A stretch of DNA of 20,000 nucleotides from Seison nebaliae (lineage: Eukaryota): NCBI GenBank assembly GCA_023231475.1, contig JALJEE010000596.1, forward strand, positions 113,124 through 133,123, in the 5' to 3' direction. The translations under genes and the position numbers were made by a program. Numbering within the stretch: the stretch's first letter is position 1; each line of letters begins with the position of its first letter. The notes under the pieces were generated by a model. The model saw only the letters and a list, made by a program, of their open reading frames with translations. It did not search any database and was not told the DNA's origin. Below, in pieces: positions 11,319 through 20,000 of this stretch.

Positions 11319-14300
11319 TACAATATTCCCATTCCTAATCAATTGATTCCCAATAACGTGATCAAATTTCGTCATTTAACATTGACCATTGTGTCATAAT
11401 AGACTAATATGCAAGTGAAATAGCTAGATGGACCTAGCATATGATCATTGAATGATTATGATTTATTTTTAGAATTTTTCAAATTTAGTCCAACCAAATA
11501 AATCTCATGAATAACGATAGTATGGTAGAAGAAATTTGGGAGTGGAATACGAACCTCATGTGACTAAACAGAGTCCTCACTGAATACCACATTTAATATC
11601 GAGGAAATAAATTAAAATAAATTAAATGTATCAATTTAATTAATTGAATTCACGAAAAAAAATAATCGAATAATTCAATTTTTTAAAATATTTAAATACA
11701 GAAATTAAATTAATGGTCATTCAATGAACTAGAGAAACATTTCTGTATATTCCGTCGTCTAGTTTCGTTTTTTATCCACGAATTTCCTTTTAATAAATTG
11801 TCGGTCGTATAAAATATGTTTACTTGACAAAAAATCAACCAATATTAATTGATTGATTGTGATTAATCACAATTTTTTTCAAATTTTCAATGTTTCCCAT
11901 AAAAACAACTTGAACATTGTATCATATTCTTTATGTTTTTCAAAGTTTAGTCAGTTTTCATAAATTCCTTGGACAAAGTTTATCCAACTGTTTCTAACAA
12001 TGATATGATATTTCCCAACCTAAATTTTCATCAGTTACTTTATTGACATTTTCAATATTTTGGAACTAGTAGAAATCTTCATCTATCCGTTAGAATTACA
12101 CAAGTTTATTGTGTTCATTATTGTTAGTACTAATCTTTCACATTCTCATCATTTCGTTAAGAGGAATATGTCAGTAAAACCTGTTTATTTTATATTCCTC
12201 CTATGGGGAGTTGGAAATTTTAGTTGTCACTAGAAGAATATTAAAATTCTTGTCAAAATTAATACTTACCAGGTAGTAATTCCATTTTTAAGAGATTACG
12301 TCTTTTTCCAATCATTATGTGATATTACATGATAGCACAGTTAAGTCTCAATTTTGAGAATGTTCTTCCATTTACTTTGTATTCTTTTTTTATGAGAAAT
12401 GAGAGATAATAATGTTTATGTTAAGCATATGAGAAGAAAAGTTTTGCTTCCCAAAGAAACAGAGAAAGAGATAAGAAAAAGTATGTGTATTGTCGTTAAT
12501 GTTATATAATGCCAAATTGGCCTTGAAAAGAAAGAAAGTAAAATATTTGAAGGCTCTTCTTCTGTAGCTACTACCTAAGAGTATACGTCGTTTCGAATAT
12601 TCTTTAATTTTGTTGTTTATTTGCGAATATATTTATCTGAATGAGTTTTCGGTGGTGTATGAATGTCGTGTGGGCCGTATGTGTGTGTGGGTGAGGATTA
12701 TTAATTATCTTCATACATTTCATCCTTAGCACATATGGATTGGTTGGGTAGGCGTTGTGTATAGCGATACATTGTTCAACTTTACATACTTTCCCATATA
12801 AGAGAATTATTTGCTTGTTTAGAATTACTATATGAACGATTTGTGATATTGAATAGAATTTTAATATTATTTATGAGGGAAAGAATAGTCGAAATGAAAG
12901 GAGACGAGAATACTTATATTGACCATGAATCCGTCTTCTCCTCTACTTATTCGGATGTTGTACGCAATTAATTATTCTTAAATCAATTTCTTTTTTGAGT
13001 ATTGTATAATTTCTCCTATTAAACTTCTTATTGGTATTTACTGTTTTGATTGGCATTGTCATTCATTTTTTCCTTTACATTCCTCTTCCCATCAACATAT
13101 TAAAAACAACAATGTTTTATCCACCAGGGAAATATCGATTAGAGTTCAACTAACAACGAAAAGGTGACTGTTTTATTTCAACATAAGAGTCTGAGTTGTC
13201 ACTCAGATGTATTTAACATTGTCCAATCGACTACTAACCAAAAAAGTGAAAGATCGGAGTTATGTATTCATATTCAATTCTATTCAATTTCTCAAAATTT
13301 AAGGACATTTTTTTTATAAAAAAAAACATTCATATGATATGATAGAAACATCATTATTGATAACTATATTTCCTATTGATTATTATATAATTTATTTTGT
13401 CAATTCTTCCTCTTATAAATATAAATTGACAGTTTTCAGTAGTTTCCCACCATTCAATTTCGTTAATGGGAAACAATGACGAAAGTAAATTTTAATGTCG
13501 AAGACGGAAATACAATTAAATTGTTCTCAAATAATTGTTCTTCCTTTTTCTTAGTAGTTCCTAGATGAACTCAATGGCCATTTATAATATTAGTTATTGG
13601 GTAATTTGAAGCCTCATATAATGTTGTTTTTTTCAATTATGTTCCGAAGGTGTGTGAAAATGAAGATATTTCATTATAGAACTTCATTTTTAGCCTGATT
13701 AAGTGAGTGGGTTTGTTCGAGAATTCACAAGAACATCCATTCCCCGGACAATTTCTCAATATTGTTAAATCTGAATGACCTTTCACGAATTTTTTGGACA
13801 TTTCAATCACATCATATCCTCACTATTACGTAGGAAAACAAGAAGAAAAATCATATAACTGCCGCTCATGACGACAACTGTGTGCTAAGAGTTATTTTCT
13901 TTCGGAAATTCATTCGTCAAATTTCAAACTAAAAAAATTTGACGAGGTCCACCTCCCATTCTGTTTTTCCCTTGAACGTCGACGAAAAGAAAGTCATTTC
14001 AGTATATGTCCAAATTGGACTTTATCTACATTTTAAATTCTAACTTACTTGACCAAATACTTCAATGGAGGTTGAAAAATGTTCATCGTTTTTATCCGGA
14101 TAGGAGTATGAAACGAAATAAATCGATCTGAATAGGGATTGATAAAAGAACTAGGACATGTTGGTAGGAAGCAATTCCCTACATATTCCCTAGTACCTAG
14201 AGTTCGACCCTTATTCTCATCTATCAATATTACAAGTGAAAATGAAGAGCAGAGTATACGTACATAAATAGCTCTGGGATTGGAAATGAATAAGCACAAG

Positions 14301-15723
14301 AAGATATTTTACTATTATTATTGTACAATGTCATCATCCTCCTACTTTTTTTGCTAGAAATGTGATACGTTTAAAGGTCGTACTTATTCGTTAACTGATG
14401 ATGTTTATGATGAAATCATTCAATTCTTCCACATTGTTTTCCAAAAAAAAGTAATTAAATGTAATTTAATCTCTAAAATAAAAATTTCCAGCAATTTTCC
14501 TTTAATTATTATGTCACGTTTCAGTTGGAGAAGAAGTTTGAGAACTTCTGGGAATCATCGGAAATATATATAGATATTTACGATTATGAGTGGGATTCAT
14601 AAAGAATTTTTTCTTGGACCAGTTAAGTAGAAAGTTGTCGATACTGTTAATTAAGAAGAGGCGAAAAAAAATCGTCTAAGTTTCCGAAGAAAACCATTCG
14701 GGTTTGAAATGATCGAATGACATTCATTCGCCTTTAAAATTGAAAAGAAGATACACAAAAATTTTTCGGTTCTTTTTCGAGAGGAATTCTCATTAAACTT
14801 ATATGGTTGGGTAATTTGTTTTAGACACAAAATTGTCATTCGATTGATAAGTATAGGAAATTAAATAATGATTGTAAAAAGGTCATTTAAATTCAAATTA
14901 AACTTTGTTTCGAGAAATGATGAGAATTTTTTTTTCTATTTCATTCTTTAATAATTCCACATTATTATACATATCATTATAACCATTATTTTTGGCTGCT
15001 GCTTTTTCCATTTTTTGCACCAACTGTGCGTAGGTGTATCATTTTGTCGAAAGAAAAATGTGTACTTCTCGCCTGATTTGTTTTTGAAGAAGAAAGAAGA
15101 AAGGTTGATGTCACATACGACCAAAGTGTGAGACCAAATGTAGACCTAACTCGAAGAATTCATGAGTGTATTCTATTGTTCTACGTGGAGTTATTGAGGA
15201 GAAAAATGGAGGCAGATAATAACATATCGATATACATCCATTTGATGGAACTGTCGAAAAATAATTATAGGAGATAATTAAATATTTATATGAAAAAAGG
15301 ATGATTATTTTTGATGGTATGTACAAGGCATTGCTAGTGGGTGGCTGTCAATTAATGAGTGGGCGATTATCTTTCTTCTTTTATTCGTTTGAATGTGTGG
15401 AAAAAGTGAGCAGATGAATAAATTCCATCTGAAAATCGAAAGAGAATTTTTTTTAATATGAAATGAATTCCATCTTCAATTTTTCTTCGATTTCACAAAT
15501 TTCTTAATGAACTTCCTTTATAAGGTGCATGAATAGGTGAAAGGGAAGAAGAATTAAATGAACAACTTCTATTTATATCTTTCATGAATTCAGATTATTC
15601 ATCTCATTTGAAGCCTTCCCACTCCATCGAAGACGTGGTTCTTTTTTCGTTTCCGCTGTTCTTAAACGTCTTCATTGTTCATCTTTCTACCATCGTCATC
15701 GTCTCACTTGAACTCAATGGAAA

Positions 15724-18700
15724 ATGCCGTTTGCTAACCTAACCGATTTCTTCCGTTTCAATCATTCATCGGAAAAGACGCAGGCAGTTCTCCTCGATGA
15801 AGAGTCGACAACCCCGGAAAAGAGTAGTCCAAATCGGAAAACGAAAAACAAGCAGAATGGCGATGCACCAGCCAATCTCTTGTCCAATATGAAGAATAAT
15901 CTTACATCACTCTCAACAACAACTATCACTTCATCATCAGTAACAGCAACAACAAATAAATTGAATGGTGAATACAATACTAGATCAACCAATCATCAAA
16001 ACAATCACCATTTGAATGATGATAGTAATGTTGAGGTAAGCATTTTTCTTAATTGACGCACATCAATGTCTATATGATTGCTACATTTATACTCATCATC
16101 TTCTAACATAACTCGAGATTGGACTACATAGACACAAGGAGAATAAAAAGGGGAGGAAAAACCTATTTGGGATGAATTGTATCCTTCTTTTTTTCTTCAT
16201 GTGTTTCATTATAAACTGACTCAGGAAAAAGAACGAAATAGAACAGATAAATAGAAAAGAAACTTGTTAGATAAATTCTTGTTACAAAAAAAATGAAACA
16301 GTCAAAACTTTCGCGAAAACAATTTCGCCCAGCATTTTATATTTTTTATTAGTCATGACAATCGTTCTTTTCTTCTCGATTACTGACGAACTTCATTACT
16401 TCTAACCATTAACGAATGAGAACAACGATTTTTTTCAAAGTTCTCTTTCTTTGATAAGAATAACATAAACGAAAACATGAATGAAAGAAACTTAAGACAA
16501 GAAGCAACTCATCTGTTTAAGTTCAAATAAGAAAGAAACATCCTTCAATTTTCTTATAAATAATGTTTGATGTATTATGTAATTTATTGCGATTATATCA
16601 ATTTCACTCATTTCTTTCATAAATATTCTTTCTTATTTATTACTTTCTCTTCATTTTCTCACATTTTCGTCTACGTCTCTAACAACAGTCGATGGATAGT
16701 CAACATGTTTCGGAAATCGAAATCAAATGTATCACGAAGGAAGGTTGTCCCAAACCTGATCCCAGTCATTTCGACCTTCTTAAAGTTTTGGGTCAAGGTT
16801 CTTTCGGTAAGGTGTTTCTCGTGCGAAAGAATGCCGGACCGGATGAAGGTACATTGTTCGCCATGAAAGTCTTAAAGAAGGCGACTTTAAGAGGTTCGTT
16901 TTGAACCCCAAATTTTTTTCAAAAATCTTTTTTTGAAAAATTAGTGAGAGATCGAGAACGAACCAAAATGGAACGTGACATACTATCACAAATCGATTTC
17001 CCTTTTATCGTCAAATTACATTATGGTTTTCATTCATAATTCTTTTATTCATCATCTCCAATTTTAGCTTTTCAGACGGAAGGCAAATTATATCTAATTC
17101 TCGATTTCTTACGCGGTGGCGATTTGTTCACTCGTCTATCCAAAGATGTCATGTTCACTGAAGAAGATGTAAAATTTTATTTAGCTGAACTAACTTTGGC
17201 GTTGGAACATCTTCATAAACTGGGCATTCTTTATCGTGATCTCAAACCAGAAAAGTTAATATCGAAATTAATAAATTATCCTCATAAAAATATGAAATAA
17301 TTCGAAGCATTCTACTGGATTGCAGTGGACATATCGTTTTGACGGATTTCGGTTTGAGTAAAGAAAAAATTCAAACATCGGAAGATAAAACTTATTCGTT
17401 CTGTGGAACGGTGGAATATATGGCACCGGAAGTTGTCGGCCGTCAAGGTCATAGTAATGTGGCCGATTGGTGGAGCCTGGGAATTCTAATGGTTAGTCGT
17501 TCGATTGTATATAAGATATAATAATTTCTTTATGTTCCAGTATGAAATGTTGACTGGTCAATTACCGTTTCAAGGAGCTAACCGAAAACAAACGATTAAA
17601 CAAATTTTACGGTTCTTTATCATTTCTAATGTTCTTTATTTCTCTTCGTCATTCCAGAGCTAAATTGCCCATGCCACAATTCATAAGCAAGAGCGCTCAA
17701 TCGTTGTTGAGAGCATTGTTTCGAAGGAATCCGATGAATCGATTAGGATTCAAATCGGCTAGTGAAATAAAGAATCATGAATTTTTCAGTTCCATCGAAT
17801 GGAATAAATTATTAGCGAAAGAAATTAGTCCGCCATTCAAACCGAAAATTCACCAATTCGATTACACGTCATGTTTCGATACACAATTCACATCGAAGAT
17901 TCCATTCGATTCTCCCGTCAATCCACCCAGTCAACGTGCACATGATATCTTCAAAGGATTCAGTTTTGTTGCTACTGAACCGAATAGAATGACGGAGAAA
18001 GAATTAGATGGGAATTTGGGAAGAATGCCAAAATCGGCTACTGACACACAAATTCAACGAAGGATAGCTGATGACGATACGGAAGGTATAAGAAAATTGA
18101 AAATGCATCCGGATGTTTCCGATAAATTATTATCAGTCTCTCGATTGAAATTAACGGAATTCTTTGACGATTATCAATTTCGAGATCGAATTGGTAGCGG
18201 AACTTATTCCGTATGTTTCCATTGCGTCCATAAAGCCTCTGGAGCTAATCGAGCGGTGAAAGTTAAAATTTTTTTATTTTAAATTTAAAATTTTTTTATT
18301 CAATTTAATTAGGTCTATCCGATTTACAATAAAGATCCATATCAAGAAATCGAAATTTTAACTTATTATAGTGATCATCAGAATATTGTAACACTTCACG
18401 ACGTCTATCTCAATACCCTCAATACGTCCAATAACATATCAACTGAAATTAATAAGAATTTATGTTAATTATCCTTTCGATTATTCTCTTGTAATAAATT
18501 TTCAGTGAAAACTCATTTGAAAGTTCAAAAACGATCAGACAAAGAGAATAGTAAAATCAATGAAGATCTTCCAATTATCTTCATTGTCACTGAATTGTTA
18601 AGTGGTGGTGAATTATTCGATCGAATGCAACTCCATGGTAACCAAATTACAGAACGAGAAGCGTGCACAATTATTACGCTTCTAACTAAAACTGTCGATT

Positions 18701-19512
18701 ATCTCCATAGCAACGGAGTTAAATTTTTTAAAATTTCATCAAATCTACTTATTTTTCTTTTAGATCGTGCATCGCGATTTGAAACCATCGAACATCTTAT
18801 ACGCAAATGAAAGTAGCGATCCCGAATCGTTACGAATTGTCGATTTTGGTTTTGCGAAAATGTTGAAGGCGGAAAACGGTTTATTGATGACGCCATGCTA
18901 CACCGCCAATTTCGCCGCACCTGAAGTATTGAAACGACAGAATTATGATGCAGCATGTGACGTTTGGAGTTTGGGCATCATTCTTTACACTTTATTGGCA
19001 GGGTTTGAATTATCTTCAATATTTCTAGAAAACTTTATTATCTGTCTTTTCTTCAGATACGCTCCGTTCGCTTTTACAGCGGATGATACAACTGAACTAA
19101 TCTTGTCTCGTATCGATAAAGGACCGTTCGATTTAGTATCAGGAAATTGGAAACATGTTTCAGATGAAGCTAAAGTTTATTCTTTTTCTTTATGGATTTA
19201 TCAATCAATTCTTTCAGGATCTAACAACAAAAATGTTGATGGTTAATCCATCAATCCGTATAACGACCGCTCAAGTCCTACGTCATTCATGGATCACAAA
19301 CGTGGCAAATCATCGCGATATTCCTCTGTCATTACAAGATTATGAATTAGTAAAAGTTTGAGAGTTATTTCTTTAAATAATATTTCATCTATTTTGTCAA
19401 GGGCGCAATCAATGCAACATATAATGCGATTAACCAAAAATCTGTGTTAACTTTAGAAAATGTTACGGTGTCGTCACTCGCACAACGACGTCGCAATAAT
19501 AAAGATAGATAA
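15724..19512 (+). CDS. RSK: p90 ribosomal S6 kinase (RSK, RPS6KA1-3/6 family), two kinase domains, 13 exons, ~870 aa
   Basis: Exons 15724-16035, 16689-16893, 16945-17025, 17068-17254, 17308-17491, 17541-17611, 17658-18261, 18313-18463, 18506-18717, 18764-19002, 19057-19174, 19218-19355, 19402-19512 join in frame (2613 nt) through GT-AG introns. N-terminus MPFANLTD (cf. MPLAQLAD). NTKD motifs: [39 protein letters not shown]. Linker: [39 protein letters not shown]-docking LAQRR at the C-terminus. Confidence 0.96.
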
Positions 19513-20000
19513 GATAAAAGGAATCAGAAATTCATCTCATCCAAAAGAATCTTCAACAATTTTTCCTGAATTCTATTAATGATTCATTTATTTGTTTTCC
19601 CCTTTTAACATTCCTCATCTCTTTTAATAATCAATCACATTCTTGTATATAACCATATGGGAAGCATATGGCATTCTATTTATTTCAAATCATTTATTCT
19701 CTTGTCTCTTTCCATGAGAGAAATTTTAGGAAATAAAATTTTATTTCATTTAACAATTTACTCATCTAAATGTCCACAGTTCCTAAAGGTCCTAAATTAA
19801 CACATACTTAATATCATTCATTTCCTTAATAACATTTTGATGATTTTCTCCAACAAGAAAATAAATCTTTCTTACTATTTTTTTTTTTCTTTTTTAATAT
19901 AAAACCAAATCCCCAGGGGGTAAATGAAGAAGAAAATGAGATAACTCACTAGGTGAATGATCGGAAATAAATGATTTGGTCTGATCTATTCTTGAAAGCA

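Noticed and set aside
12262..12273. ATACTTACCAGG, resembling the U1 snRNA 5' end
   Set aside because: No U1 stem-loops, 70K loop or Sm site follow. More likely chance or a minus-strand CTG|GTAAGT donor with no identifiable exon.
14045..15326. Short minus-strand ORFs of 62-84 aa
   Set aside because: No motifs, composition typical of translated AT-rich non-coding DNA, and no consistent splice chain.
18263..18300. 16-nt direct repeat TTAAAATTTTTTTATT in RSK intron 7
   Set aside because: Low-complexity local duplication with no evidence of function.

Overview
AT-rich eukaryotic window, most likely from a compact animal genome, with very short introns (mostly 40-67 nt). Left to right it holds: a small multi-exon minus-strand gene weakly resembling a CENP-B/pogo HTH (~875-1451); a degenerate tRNA-Ser(TGA) and an intact tRNA-Lys(TTT), tail to tail; a doubtful small plus-strand gene; an orphan multi-exon minus-strand gene (~2885-3999); a 10-exon NWD1/NWD2-like DUF4062-NACHT-WD40 gene (minus, 4092-9824, ~1766 aa); a 5'-truncated non-LTR retrotransposon RT fragment (~10390-11318); ~4.4 kb of non-coding DNA; and a 13-exon p90 RSK gene (plus, 15724-19512, ~870 aa). 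The strongest signal is in splicing: all 25 short introns placed by hand in the three best gene models begin GTT instead of GTA/GTG, while the one long intron uses canonical GTAAG. All gene models are manual, with no transcript evidence.
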